64,000 bases of DNA from an uncultured Bacteroidales bacterium (GCA_944321155.1 CALUKG010000001.1:4283-68282), one strand, 5' to 3'. Positions 1 to 9,615 are shown, counted from the stretch's first letter. Notes: generated by a model not told the origin, from the sequence alone. Numbers and translations are program-made.

Positions 1-1
1 C

Positions 2-187
2 ATGCAAAAACCATGGGCACGTCATATCGAAAGTTTTTGGATTCACGCTGAAATATTCAACCTTCTGAATTTTAAAAACGTCAATTCCTATTATTGGGTA
101 ACAGACGTCTATAACCAACAGTTGGCTGTACCAAACTATTTAACTGGTATTATGTTTAACGTTAGACTAACTATAGACTTGAAATGA
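2..187 (+). CDS. 3' end of a CDS entering from upstream of the window; possibly an outer-membrane beta-barrel protein
   Basis: The frame is open from the window edge. The C-terminal segments are beta-strand-like (FWIHAEIFNLLNFKN, FNVRLTIDLK). The stop TGA 185-187 overlaps the dnaG ATG (ATGA). Confidence 0.35.
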   Translation: MQKPWARHIESFWIHAEIFNLLNFKNVNSYYWVTDVYNQQLAVPNYLTGIMFNVRLTIDLK

Positions 188-2178
188 TCGATTCTGCAAC
201 CATAGCACGCATCATGGACACGGCCCGCATAGAGGAAGTTGTTTCTGATTATGTCAGCCTCAAGAAACGTGGAGTAAACCTGATAGGTTTGTGTCCGTTT
301 CATGATGAAAAAACCGGTTCTTTCACAGTCTCTCCCGCCAAAGGCATTTTTAAATGTTTCGGCTGTGGCAAGGGCGGCAATGCGGTTCATTTTATCATGG
401 AAATAGAACAGGTAAGTTTCACTGAAGCGCTCAAAATCGTTGCCAAGAAATACAATATAGAGATACGTGAGCGTGAACTTTCCAGTGAAGAATTAGCACA
501 ACAGAACGACAGGGAAAGCATGTATATCGTAAACAGCTATGCCCAAAAATATTTTACCCAACAGCTAAAAGAACATCCAGACGGGAAAATCATCGGTCTG
601 GGCTATTTTCATGAAAGAGGCTTTCGGGATGACATTATTGAAAAATTCCAGTTAGGATACAGTCTGGACCAAAGAGACGCATTTGCTCAAGCGGCACTGA
701 AAGCCGGTTACAAGAAAGAATACTTGGTAAAGACGGGGCTTTGCATGCAACAAGATAACGGACAACTGACAGACCGTTTCAGAGGTCGGGTCATTTTCCC
801 CGTACATACATTATCTGGAAAAGTTGTTGCTTTTGGCGGACGCGTACTGAAAAAGACTGAGAAGACAGCCAAATACGTCAATTCGCCCGAATCAGAAATC
901 TATCATAAAAGCAATGAGCTATATGGAATCTACTTTGCCAAACATGCCATTGTAAAAAAAGACTGCTGTTATTTGGTAGAAGGATATACTGACGTTATTT
1001 CCATGCATCAAGCAGGCATAGAAAATGTGGTAGCTTCTTCAGGAACTTCACTTACGACAGGACAAATTAAACTGATACACCGCTTTACCAACAACGTCAC
1101 CATCCTCTATGACGGAGATGCAGCTGGAATTAAAGCCTCCATACGAGGTATTGACTTGCTGCTGGAAGAAGGACTGAACATCAAGGTTTTGCTGCTACCT
1201 GACGGTGAAGACCCTGATTCCTTTTCACGCAAGCAAAATGCATCGGAATTTATCTCTTACGTAGAAGCTCATCAGACTGATTTCATACGTTTTAAAACCA
1301 ACCTGCTGCTGGACGAAGCCGGAAATGACCCAATCAAACGGGCGGGTCTGATTCAGGATGTAGTCAGAAGCATTGCCATAATACCTAACAATATTGTACG
1401 CCAAGTATACATAAAAGATTGCAGCACCCTTCTCGATATCAATGAAGAAGTATTGGTAAATGCCATCAACAAAATCAACCGCCAAAAGAAGGAAGAACAA
1501 AACAAAGCACAGCACCAAACACTCTCAACAACAGAAAACAAGACAGCCCAAGATTCCGCCAACAGTGTCAACAGCGAAACCAGCCTATTGTCAGGTTCCG
1601 TGGTGGATACAGAAACACGCAATCTGCTGAAAGTCATGGTACGCTATGGAGAAAGGACATTATTTTCCCTTGAGGACGGCTCCAACCAGACGGTTGGAGA
1701 ATTTATCCTCCAAGAACTGGGAATCGACCATATCGTTTTCGAAAACCCTCTTTACAATGAATTTATAGAGGAATACAGACAACATCAACACGATACAGAT
1801 TTTATTGCAGAGAAATTTTTCAAATTTCACCCCAACTCTGCACTTAGCCAATTGGCCATCAACCTCATCACAGAAAAGTATACGCTGAGCAAAATCCATT
1901 ACCGCTTTCAGGTATCGGAAAATGCAAAAATAAAGGAAGTGGAAATACCGACTGACGCCGACCGCCTCTATGAACTTGTTCCACGTCTTATATTAGAACT
2001 GAAAAACAGTTTATTGGAGGAGCATATCAGACAAACCGTACTAAAACTCAAGCATGCCTGCGAACAAAAAGAAGACATGTCAAAAATCAAGGAATTGATG
2101 GATTATTGCGATGCACTCAATACCATCAAAAGAGATTTGGCCAAAAGTTTGGGCGATAGAGTAATCAACAAACTATAA
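184..2178 (+). CDS. dnaG: DNA primase
   Basis: 664 aa. CHC2 zinc finger CPFHDEKTGSFTVSPAKGIFKCFGCGKGG, and Toprim motifs EGYTDVIS and DGDAAG. Confidence 0.95.
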   Translation: MIDSATIARIMDTARIEEVVSDYVSLKKRGVNLIGLCPFHDEKTGSFTVSPAKGIFKCFGCGKGGNAVHFIMEIEQVSFTEALKIVAKKYNIEIRERELSSEELAQQNDRESMYIVNSYAQKYFTQQLKEHPDGKIIGLGYFHERGFRDDIIEKFQLGYSLDQRDAFAQAALKAGYKKEYLVKTGLCMQQDNGQLTDRFRGRVIFPVHTLSGKVVAFGGRVLKKTEKTAKYVNSPESEIYHKSNELYGIYFAKHAIVKKDCCYLVEGYTDVISMHQAGIENVVASSGTSLTTGQIKLIHRFTNNVTILYDGDAAGIKASIRGIDLLLEEGLNIKVLLLPDGEDPDSFSRKQNASEFISYVEAHQTDFIRFKTNLLLDEAGNDPIKRAGLIQDVVRSIAIIPNNIVRQVYIKDCSTLLDINEEVLVNAINKINRQKKEEQNKAQHQTLSTTENKTAQDSANSVNSETSLLSGSVVDTETRNLLKVMVRYGERTLFSLEDGSNQTVGEFILQELGIDHIVFENPLYNEFIEEYRQHQHDTDFIAEKFFKFHPNSALSQLAINLITEKYTLSKIHYRFQVSENAKIKEVEIPTDADRLYELVPRLILELKNSLLEEHIRQTVLKLKHACEQKEDMSKIKELMDYCDALNTIKRDLAKSLGDRVINKL

Positions 2179-2182
2179 TATC

Positions 2183-2365
2183 TTACCAAAAACGGTTATT
2201 GGGTTCATCATAGGAAAAGCCGGCATCTGCCAGTTTTCTTACAAGGACAGATTTATCCAAACCCATACTTGCACACATTTCATCCAGATTCGGATAAACA
2301 TCACGTAACTGCGTATTCACATAACTCAGCAATACAAATGGGTCTGATGGTAATGTTTCATTCAT
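2183..2365 (-). CDS. small conserved protein, DUF4250-like
   Basis: 60 aa, starting 4 nt after the murI stop. The sequence (LLSYVNTQLRD...LDEMC) matches my recollection of the DUF4250 family. Confidence 0.55.
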   Translation of the reverse strand: MNETLPSDPFVLLSYVNTQLRDVYPNLDEMCASMGLDKSVLVRKLADAGFSYDEPNNRFW

Positions 2366-2368
2366 AAC

Positions 2369-3199
2369 TTATACACCAAGGTCTACATGAGATACTTTTA
2401 TATCCTCACGAAGAAAAATGCTGGCCGAAGCCGAAAATTTATCAACCGATTCTGTCGTAAAATAGGAACAAAATGCGCCTAACGAACATCTTTCCTCCAT
2501 TTCCGGGTGACGCACAAGATAATCAGCCAAACTCTCCGCAACAATCTCTCCCTGTGACAAAAAACGGACTGAGGCAGGGGCATATTTCCGTATCTTGCCC
2601 AATAACAAGGGATAGTGCGTACAACCGAGAATTACCGTGTCAATCATACCGTCTTTTCCCAATAAGGCATCCAAATACTTCTTGACAAAATAGTCCGCCC
2701 CTTCTGACAGATGTTCATTATTCTCAATAAGCGGCACCCACATGGGACATGCTTCCGAGTGGAGCACAACTGACGGATAATACTTTTCTATCTCAATACG
2801 GTAAGAGTCTGACTGAACCGTTCCTGGAGTTGCCAACAAGCCGACATGATTTGTTTTTGTTATCTGCCCTATCACTTCCACTGTAGGCCGAATTACCCCC
2901 AATACACGCCGTTCGGGAGCAATATGAGGCAAATCCCGTTGCTGTATGCTACGAAGTGCTTTAGCCGATGCCGTATTGCATGCAAGAATCACCAACTCGC
3001 ATCCCATAGCAAACATCTGTTCCACACATTGAAGCGTATAACGATAGACCACCTCAAAAGAACGTGTTCCGTAGGGAGTACGGGCATTATCTCCAAAATA
3101 CAAATAATCATATTGGGGCAAACGTTTGCGTATCTGCTCCAATATTGTCAAGCCTCCATATCCTGAATCAAATATGCCTATGGGTGAATTGCGTCTCAT
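2369..3199 (-). CDS. murI: glutamate racemase
   Basis: 276 aa. N-terminal IGIFDSGYGGLT, plus ILACNTAS and LGCTHYPLL catalytic-cysteine motifs. Confidence 0.93.
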   Translation of the reverse strand: MRRNSPIGIFDSGYGGLTILEQIRKRLPQYDYLYFGDNARTPYGTRSFEVVYRYTLQCVEQMFAMGCELVILACNTASAKALRSIQQRDLPHIAPERRVLGVIRPTVEVIGQITKTNHVGLLATPGTVQSDSYRIEIEKYYPSVVLHSEACPMWVPLIENNEHLSEGADYFVKKYLDALLGKDGMIDTVILGCTHYPLLLGKIRKYAPASVRFLSQGEIVAESLADYLVRHPEMEERCSLGAFCSYFTTESVDKFSASASIFLREDIKVSHVDLGV

Positions 3200-3212
3200 A
3201 CTTACAAAAAAA

Positions 3213-3309
3213 GGGTAAGCTTACTACATCGCACCGCTACAACCTCCTACCCTTGCTGCGGTCAGGCCCTGGGGGAGTTCAGAGGGAGCTGGTCGTGTAG
3301 GACTTACCC
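3213..3309 (-). ncRNA. ffs: candidate signal recognition particle RNA (4.5S-like), a 97-nt rod-shaped hairpin
   Basis: A promoter lies immediately upstream on the minus strand. The closing helix is GGGUAAG/CUUACCC, with a nearly continuous imperfect helix inside. The distal sequence GAACUCCCCCAGG-GCCUGACCGC-AGCAAGGGUAGG resembles bacterial SRP helix 8 (CCAGG..GGAA..AGCAAGGGUA). A U7 tract follows at 3212..3206. The apical loop is non-canonical, so the call is moderate. Confidence 0.55.
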
Positions 3310-3313
3310 AGTG

Positions 3314-3345
3314 CAAAAGTACATTTTTTTCACGTAACTGCCAAA
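3314..3345 (-). promoter_or_regulatory. Bacteroidetes-type promoter (-33 TTTG, 20-nt spacer, -7 TACTTTTG) for the SRP-like RNA
   Basis: The minus strand reads TTTG(3345..3342)-N20-TACTTTTG(3321..3314). The first G of the RNA hairpin lies 5 nt downstream. Confidence 0.55.
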
Positions 3346-3603
3346 TCCAAACAGAAAAACCCTACAAAAAGAAAGCAAAACAAAGTCTTTCGTAAGTAAC
3401 ATTCACTACCTTTTCCGGCAGACACAATTCAGTCTTAGAACTTTACAATAAATATCCTCATAATATGCATTACACATGCACTTATGCTTGAGAGTAAAGA
3501 GAAGAAGCTCTTTTTTCTTGCACGATATATATTTTTCAGACTTTCTTCTTATCTTTACCAAGCTTACAAAAGATTTTTATTACTCATATCAAAATCACAT
3601 ATT

Positions 3604-4365
3604 ATGAAAACAGTATTTATTACCGGAGGCTCGACTGGTATTGGAGCGGCCTCTGTTGAAAAATTCATAGCCCAAGGATGGAATGTTGGGTTCATGGATA
3701 TCAATGTTAAGGCAGCTACAAAGCTAGTCAACAAGCTTTCAAATGACCAGCATCTGCTATTTATTGAGGGTGATACAAAGAAGCGCTCTGACATTAAACA
3801 TGCTGTAGAAGCAATTGTTAAGAAATTCGGCTCTTTAGACAGCATTGTTGCCAACGCTGGCATACACCGCTGCAATACTTTACTTGACATCAAAGACGAA
3901 GAATTGGATTTGATGATTCGAACCAATATTTACGGAACAGTCAACACTTTACGCGAAGCTGTACCTTACGTTATAGAAAAAGGAGGTGGTACAATTGTTA
4001 TCAACGCCTCTGACCAATGGTTTGTCGGTAAACCCAATAGTTTTGCCTATGGTTTAACCAAAGGCGCTTTAGGACAAATAACCCGCAGCTTATCCATTGA
4101 TCTTGGATCTAAAAACATTCGGGTAAATGCGGTTTGCGCAGGTACAATACGAACACCACTGGTTGACAATCTTTTTGCTGACTTTGCCAAAGTAAACAAT
4201 TGTGACATAGAAGATTATTGGAAAGCCGAAAATGCATTATACGCACGTGGGTCTGCCGGTGAACCCAAAGAGGTAGCCGAGGTCATCTATTTCTTGGCAT
4301 CAGACGCATCCAGTTTCTGCACAGGCGGACACTATCTCGTTGATGGTGGATTAGTTGCACGATAA
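3604..4365 (+). CDS. SDR family oxidoreductase
   Basis: TGGSTGIG Rossmann motif directly after the ATG at 3604 (MKTVFITGGSTGIG); catalytic YGLTK. The 40-codon upstream extension in the ORF track is low-complexity and unlikely to be coding. Confidence 0.85.
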   Translation: MKTVFITGGSTGIGAASVEKFIAQGWNVGFMDINVKAATKLVNKLSNDQHLLFIEGDTKKRSDIKHAVEAIVKKFGSLDSIVANAGIHRCNTLLDIKDEELDLMIRTNIYGTVNTLREAVPYVIEKGGGTIVINASDQWFVGKPNSFAYGLTKGALGQITRSLSIDLGSKNIRVNAVCAGTIRTPLVDNLFADFAKVNNCDIEDYWKAENALYARGSAGEPKEVAEVIYFLASDASSFCTGGHYLVDGGLVAR

Positions 4366-4421
4366 AAACATTTCTCTTGAATGAGAAAAGGAAGCGATAC
4401 CTGTACACAGAAACTTAACAT

Positions 4422-4463
4422 ACAATTAGGGCTGACCTCTTTAACAAAGTCAGCCCTAATTGT
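4422..4463. terminator. bidirectional terminator hairpin between convergent SDR and MFS genes
   Basis: Perfect 15-bp stem ACAATTAGGGCTGAC / GTCAGCCCTAATTGT with a 12-nt loop. Confidence 0.6.
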
Positions 4464-4479
4464 ATTATCATCATGACAC

Positions 4480-5952
4480 TTATGCCTCAATAGGTTTATA
4501 CTTAGGCACCAATGCTTTCATAATAAGCCATGCAATCAAATAAGCCACTGCACATATACAGAAAATTATCATATAGCCAGCTTCCTTACCTTCAAATCCC
4601 ATAAACTGGAATGCTGCACCCTGATTTTCAGAGAAAGTGAACAACGCACCTGCCCCCTTGTTAATCAAGAAAGAGCCAACACCACCAGCCATACCACCAA
4701 TACCAGTAATTGTTGCAATAGCAGATTTGGGGAACATATCTCCAATCGTGGAGAAAAGGTTAGCTGACCATGCCTGGTGTCCTGCTCCTGCCAAGCCAAT
4801 AATAATTGCCGGCCACCATACAGAAACAGTACCAGCACTTTGTGCCAACAAAGCAGGTAATGGCAAGAACGCAAAAATCAGCATAGCCAACATACGGCCA
4901 TTATAAGGGTTCATACCTTTCTTTTCCACAAACAATTTAGGAAGATAACCGCCAAAAATGGACAAAACAGTTACGATAGCATATAAAGTAATAATCAATG
5001 CCATACCCATTCCTGAACTGGACGTATAGCCATATTGGTCAGAAAAATAAGCTGGAGCCCAGAACAGATAGAACCACCAAACACCATCGGTAAAGAACTT
5101 ACCTACGATAAATGACCATGTCTGACGGTATGTAAAACATTTCCAAAATGGAATCGCCTTTTCTTCTTTTGTTATATCTTTCTTTTCTTCAACTGTTTCA
5201 TCATCCTGATGTATGTATTCCAACTCTGCTTTATTCACATGGCGTGACTTCTCCGGACGTTCATACATAAACACCCAAAATCCCATCCAAATAAAGCCCA
5301 ATGCGCCAATAATCAGGAAGGCCATTTCCCAGCCACCGCCGACACCTTTATCCTTGAAATATTGTGCCAAGAGCGGAATAGTTGCGGGAGCAACCAATGC
5401 ACCTACTGATGCACCTGCATTGAATATAGAAGTGGCAAATGCACGGTCTTTTTTAGGGAAATATTCGGCAGTAACCTTAATGGCAGCGGGAAAGTTACCA
5501 GCTTCACCTAAAGCCAGAATACAACGGGCAACCAAAAACAGCCAAACACTTGTTGTCGCAATAGCAAAAGCCGCAGCCGACCCAGCTTCAACAGCAGTCA
5601 TGGCAGCAACAGACTCATATCCTTCAATATGAACTGTCAACCATCCACATACTGCGTGTAAACATGCACCAGCTGACCATACGCCAATTGCCCACAAATA
5701 ACCTTTTTTCGTACCCATCCAGTCAACAAATTTGCCGGCAAACAACATACATACAGCATATATAATGGAGAAAAATGCTGTAATCGTTCCATAGTTACTA
5801 TCTGTCCAATGAAACTCCGGTGCAATAAAATCCTTCCACGTCAATGACAATACCTGACGGTCCATGTAATTCACAGTTGTTGCTACAAACAGCAACACAC
5901 ACATCCACCAGCGCCAGTTTGTCATTAATTGTTTTGATGTTGAATTTGTCAT
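4480..5952 (-). CDS. MFS transporter, hexuronate transporter (ExuT)-like
   Basis: 490 aa and multi-TM. N-terminal WRWWMCVLLFVATTVNYMDRQVLS is typical of ExuT-type MFS proteins. It lies downstream of uxaC-kdgK-eda. Confidence 0.8.
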   Translation of the reverse strand: MTNSTSKQLMTNWRWWMCVLLFVATTVNYMDRQVLSLTWKDFIAPEFHWTDSNYGTITAFFSIIYAVCMLFAGKFVDWMGTKKGYLWAIGVWSAGACLHAVCGWLTVHIEGYESVAAMTAVEAGSAAAFAIATTSVWLFLVARCILALGEAGNFPAAIKVTAEYFPKKDRAFATSIFNAGASVGALVAPATIPLLAQYFKDKGVGGGWEMAFLIIGALGFIWMGFWVFMYERPEKSRHVNKAELEYIHQDDETVEEKKDITKEEKAIPFWKCFTYRQTWSFIVGKFFTDGVWWFYLFWAPAYFSDQYGYTSSSGMGMALIITLYAIVTVLSIFGGYLPKLFVEKKGMNPYNGRMLAMLIFAFLPLPALLAQSAGTVSVWWPAIIIGLAGAGHQAWSANLFSTIGDMFPKSAIATITGIGGMAGGVGSFLINKGAGALFTFSENQGAAFQFMGFEGKEAGYMIIFCICAVAYLIAWLIMKALVPKYKPIEA

Positions 5953-6010
5953 GTAAAAATACTTTTTATGCCTATACCAATGGTATCAGACTAAGTTAAT
6001 ACTAAAAGCA

Positions 6011-6045
6011 AGGTGCAAGACAGCAATTCATACTATCCTGCACCT
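6011..6045 (-). terminator. hairpin between eda and the MFS gene (possible partial terminator or processing site)
   Basis: AGGTGCA-N21-TGCACCT, followed on the minus strand by TGCTTTTAG. Confidence 0.3.
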
Positions 6046-6051
6046 AAAGAA

Positions 6052-6717
6052 TTATCTCACTTCCTTTATGATTGCCAGAGCCGCCTTGCACAACTCTGTA
6101 ATCTTCGACCACTCGCCAGCAGCAATCACATCTTTAGGAAACAGATTGCTACCCATGCCCACGCAAGTTACACCGGCCTTGAACCAAGCTTCAAGATTTT
6201 CCTTGGTCGGCTTCACACCACCAGTCACCATAATCTGGCTCCATGGCATTGGGGCCCTCAAACCTTTTACAAAAGCAGCTCCCAGTACATCACCCGGGAA
6301 CACCTTGCACAAATCACAACCCAATTCCTGAGCCTTGCCAATCTCAGATACGGTACCGCATCCTGGACAATAAGGAACCAAACGACGGTTACAGATAGGT
6401 GCAATTTCCGGATTGAACATTGGACCTACCACAAAATTGGCACCCAATTGCAAATACAATGCTGCGGTTGCAGGGTCTACCACAGAACCTACACCCACCA
6501 TCATACCAGGCAACTCCTTATTCGCATATTTCACCAGCTCACCGAAAACTTCATGGGCAAAATCGCCACGGTTGGTGAACTCAAAGGCACGTACACCGCC
6601 ATCATAGCAGGCCTTCAACACCTGCTTGGCTATCTCTACATCGCCGCTATAGAAAACCGGAACCATACCCGTTTCCTTCATGGCAGCGATAACTTCTATT
6701 TTACTATATTTTGCCAT
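6052..6717 (-). CDS. eda: 2-dehydro-3-deoxyphosphogluconate / 4-hydroxy-2-oxoglutarate aldolase
   Basis: 221 aa. KDPG-aldolase family pattern ([23 protein letters not shown]) in a hexuronate context. Confidence 0.88.
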   Translation of the reverse strand: MAKYSKIEVIAAMKETGMVPVFYSGDVEIAKQVLKACYDGGVRAFEFTNRGDFAHEVFGELVKYANKELPGMMVGVGSVVDPATAALYLQLGANFVVGPMFNPEIAPICNRRLVPYCPGCGTVSEIGKAQELGCDLCKVFPGDVLGAAFVKGLRAPMPWSQIMVTGGVKPTKENLEAWFKAGVTCVGMGSNLFPKDVIAAGEWSKITELCKAALAIIKEVR

Positions 6718-6744
6718 ACTGTTTTTATCTTTACATTAACGATA

Positions 6745-7767
6745 CTAACGCTGAACACGTCCGCTGGCATCGCCACCGGCCAAAGCTTCCACTTCTTCTA
6801 CTGATACCAGGTTAAAGTCACCGTTGATAGTGTGTTTCAGTGCAGAAGCAGCTACTGCAAATTCCAAAGCAGCACCCTGGTTAGGTTTGGTAAGCAAACC
6901 ATGGATAATACCACCTGAGAATGAGTCACCACCACCTACACGGTCAACGATAGGATTGATGTCGTAACGTTTCGAGGTATAGAATTCCTCACCATTATAA
7001 ATCATAGCCTTCCAGCCATTGTGAGTAGCTGAGAAAGATTCACGCAAAGTGGAAATCACATACTTGAAACCAAATTCTTTAGCCATCTGCACGAAAATGC
7101 CTTTATAGCCTTCTGCATCCGTCTGACCGGCTTCTACATTTGCATCCGGTTTGAAGCCCAAGCACAATTCAGCATCCTCCTCATTACCGATGCAAACATC
7201 AACATATTGCATCAACGGACGCATAATAGACTGTGCTTTTTCTTTTGTCCACAGTTTCTTACGGAAATTCAAATCAACAGAAACAGTAACGCCATGTCTT
7301 TTGGCTGCCTCGCAGGCCAAACGGGTTAATTCTGCTGCCTTGTCAGAAATGGCCGGGGTAATGCCTGACCAATGGAACCAATCAGCTCCTTCCATAATGG
7401 CATCGAAATCAAAATCTTCCGGATTTGCTTCTGCTATTGCTGAATGGGCACGGTCATAAATAACCTTAGAAGGACGCATGGAAGCACCTGTTTCCAAATA
7501 ATAGATTCCCACACGGTCACCACCACGTGCAATATAATCTGTCTTTACTCCATATTTACGCAATGCATTTACGGCAGCCTGACCAATTTCATGTTTAGGC
7601 AATTTTGTTACAAAATATGCGTCATGACCATAATTGGCACAGCTGACAGCAACATTGGCTTCACCTCCACCATATACTACGTCAAAAACGTCTGACTGAA
7701 CAAAACGGGTATTGCCCGGAGTTGAAAGGCGGAGCATAATCTCGCCTAACGTTACAATTTTACTCAT
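6745..7767 (-). CDS. kdgK: 2-dehydro-3-deoxygluconokinase (PfkB sugar kinase)
   Basis: 340 aa. N-terminal VTLGEIMLRLSTPG, GGGEANVA, and C-terminal VDRVGGGDSF PfkB signature. Confidence 0.88.
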   Translation of the reverse strand: MSKIVTLGEIMLRLSTPGNTRFVQSDVFDVVYGGGEANVAVSCANYGHDAYFVTKLPKHEIGQAAVNALRKYGVKTDYIARGGDRVGIYYLETGASMRPSKVIYDRAHSAIAEANPEDFDFDAIMEGADWFHWSGITPAISDKAAELTRLACEAAKRHGVTVSVDLNFRKKLWTKEKAQSIMRPLMQYVDVCIGNEEDAELCLGFKPDANVEAGQTDAEGYKGIFVQMAKEFGFKYVISTLRESFSATHNGWKAMIYNGEEFYTSKRYDINPIVDRVGGGDSFSGGIIHGLLTKPNQGAALEFAVAASALKHTINGDFNLVSVEEVEALAGGDASGRVQR

Positions 7768-7810
7768 TATTTATCTATTTATTGATTATGGTATATTCTT
7801 TTTCATGCTG

Positions 7811-7818
7811 CAAAAGTA
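7811..7818 (-). promoter_or_regulatory. -7 promoter motif TACTTTTG upstream of kdgK
   Basis: Minus-strand TACTTTTG, 43 nt upstream of the kdgK ATG. It is embedded in a 9-bp inverted repeat. Confidence 0.4.
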
Positions 7819-7890
7819 CAATCCGCCAACCAGTTAAATGTGTACTTTTAAGCTAATTATATGGCACAAATTTACACTTACGCCCAACAA

Positions 7891-9297
7891 TTAGAATTTA
7901 AAGAAATTCTTTGCATTGTTGTAGCAAATATCTTCTATCATCTGGTTGACTCTTTCCATCTCTGAATAAGGAATCTCACCATTTTCCACATCTGTACCTA
8001 CCAAGTTGCACAACGTACGGCGGAAATACTCATGACGCGGATAAGACAAGAATGAGCGTGAATCAGTAAGCATTCCTACAAAACGACTCAGAAGACCCAA
8101 AACAGACAATGCATTCATCTGTTTTTCCATACCATCTTTCTGGTCAAGGAACCACCAACCTGAACCAAACTGGATTTTACCAGGAACGGTTCCATCCTGG
8201 AAGTTACCCAACATTGTTGCTATAACTTCATTGGCACATGGATTCAAATTGTATAATATGGTTTTCGCCAATTTTCCTTGAGCATTCAATGTATCGAGGA
8301 ATTTCGACAATTTCTTGGCCGTTGTAAATTCGCCAATGGAATCAAAACCGGTATCAGGACCAAGGAGTTTGAACATTTTAGAGTTATTGTCACGGATAGC
8401 ACCGTAATGGAACTGCTGGGTCCATCCTGTTTCCCAATCCATAATGGCAAACTCTATCAACATGGCTGACTTATATTTCAGGATTTCTTCCTGAGTCAGT
8501 TCTTTTCCACCGTAAACCTTATTGAAGATAGCTTCGATTTCTGCAGGTGTATAATCTTCTGCGTAGAATTCCTCGATACCATGGTCTGACAAACGGCATC
8601 CTTGCTCTTCGAAGAATTTATGACGCACACGCAATGCCTCAATCACATCTGCAAACCTGTTGATGGTTACACCTGACACTTCAGCCAACTTCTCGATATA
8701 GGCACGGAAATTTGCCGGAACTTCCACAGCCATAGCTTTATCCGGACGCCAAGTAGGCAACATTTTGATTTCGAAACCACTTTCACGCGTTTTAATGTGA
8801 TATTCCAAACTATCAACAGGATCATCTGTAGTACATACACATTCCACATTGTAACGACGCATCAAACCGCGTGCACTATATTCCGGCAATTTCAACTTTT
8901 CATTACATTCATCGTAAATCTCACGAGCCGTTTTCGGATTCAATATTTTAGTAATACCAAAAGCCGTTTTCAGCTCCAAATGCGTCCAATGATATAGGGG
9001 GTTACGTAATGTATAAGGGACAGTTTCAGCCCATTTCTCAAATTTTTCCCAATCAGTGGTATCTTTGCCTGTACAATAACGTTCATCTATACCATTTGAC
9101 CGCATTGCACGCCATTTGTAATGGTCGCCCCCCAACCAGATTTCAGTGATTGACGAGAATTGGTAATCATCGGCCACCATTTTGGGAATCAAGTGGCAAT
9201 GATAGTCAATGATAGGCATTTTCTTAGCATGCTCATGATACAATTTCTGTGCTGTTTCCGTCTTCAACAGGAAATTTTCGTCCATAAAGTTTTTCAT
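7891..9297 (-). CDS. uxaC: glucuronate isomerase
   Basis: The start is taken at MKNFMDENFLL (ATG 9297), the usual UxaC N-terminus; IDYHCHL motif present. The ORF track extends 10 codons further, to 9327. Confidence 0.92.
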   Translation of the reverse strand: MKNFMDENFLLKTETAQKLYHEHAKKMPIIDYHCHLIPKMVADDYQFSSITEIWLGGDHYKWRAMRSNGIDERYCTGKDTTDWEKFEKWAETVPYTLRNPLYHWTHLELKTAFGITKILNPKTAREIYDECNEKLKLPEYSARGLMRRYNVECVCTTDDPVDSLEYHIKTRESGFEIKMLPTWRPDKAMAVEVPANFRAYIEKLAEVSGVTINRFADVIEALRVRHKFFEEQGCRLSDHGIEEFYAEDYTPAEIEAIFNKVYGGKELTQEEILKYKSAMLIEFAIMDWETGWTQQFHYGAIRDNNSKMFKLLGPDTGFDSIGEFTTAKKLSKFLDTLNAQGKLAKTILYNLNPCANEVIATMLGNFQDGTVPGKIQFGSGWWFLDQKDGMEKQMNALSVLGLLSRFVGMLTDSRSFLSYPRHEYFRRTLCNLVGTDVENGEIPYSEMERVNQMIEDICYNNAKNFFKF

Positions 9298-9522
9298 ACT
9301 ATATCTCTTTAAAATGAAAATATTCAATCAGCCATAAATGCACAATGGTGACACGTGATACCAAAATCAGAAATACAACCTATAAATCAACAGTTTACAA
9401 ACATAGAGAAGCATTCCGTGTGCGCCCACGAAGATACGCATAAATTTTTAAATCAGCAAACCGGTCATCTTTTTAACATCGAAAAAAACTTCCCTCAGTA
9501 CTTTCACTTCCGCTATAGCACA

Positions 9523-9530
9523 CAAAAGTA
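9523..9530 (-). promoter_or_regulatory. -7 promoter motif TACTTTTG, candidate uxaC promoter with a long leader
   Basis: This is the only TAnnTTTG on the minus strand between the upstream terminators and uxaC. It implies a leader of about 220 nt. Confidence 0.3.
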
Positions 9531-9549
9531 TAATTATACTGATAGAAAG

Positions 9550-9615
9550 ACAGCTGCACGGATTTATTTCCGCAACAGCTGTTTCCTCAACCCCGACAGT
9601 CAAACCCAGACTGTC
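9550..9615 (-). terminator. two consecutive hairpins ending the T9SS-protein/lipoprotein operon
   Basis: GACAGTC-N7-GACTGTC (9595..9615) and ACAGCTG-N19-CAGCTGT (9550..9582), followed on the minus strand by CTTTCTATC. Confidence 0.4.

Noticed and set aside
3484-3603. 40-codon N-terminal extension of the SDR gene
   Set aside because: The Rossmann TGGSTGIG motif must sit at the extreme N-terminus. The extension (…FFLARYIFFRLSSYLYQAYKRFLLL…) looks like translated AT-rich intergenic DNA, so ATG 3604 is preferred.
6013-6804. 263-aa plus-strand ORF, the longest alternative ORF in the hexuronate region
   Set aside because: It is entirely antisense to the well-supported eda gene and the 3' end of kdgK. 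Its composition is His/Thr/Cys/Gln-rich and low-complexity, with no promoter motif, which is typical of a shadow ORF.
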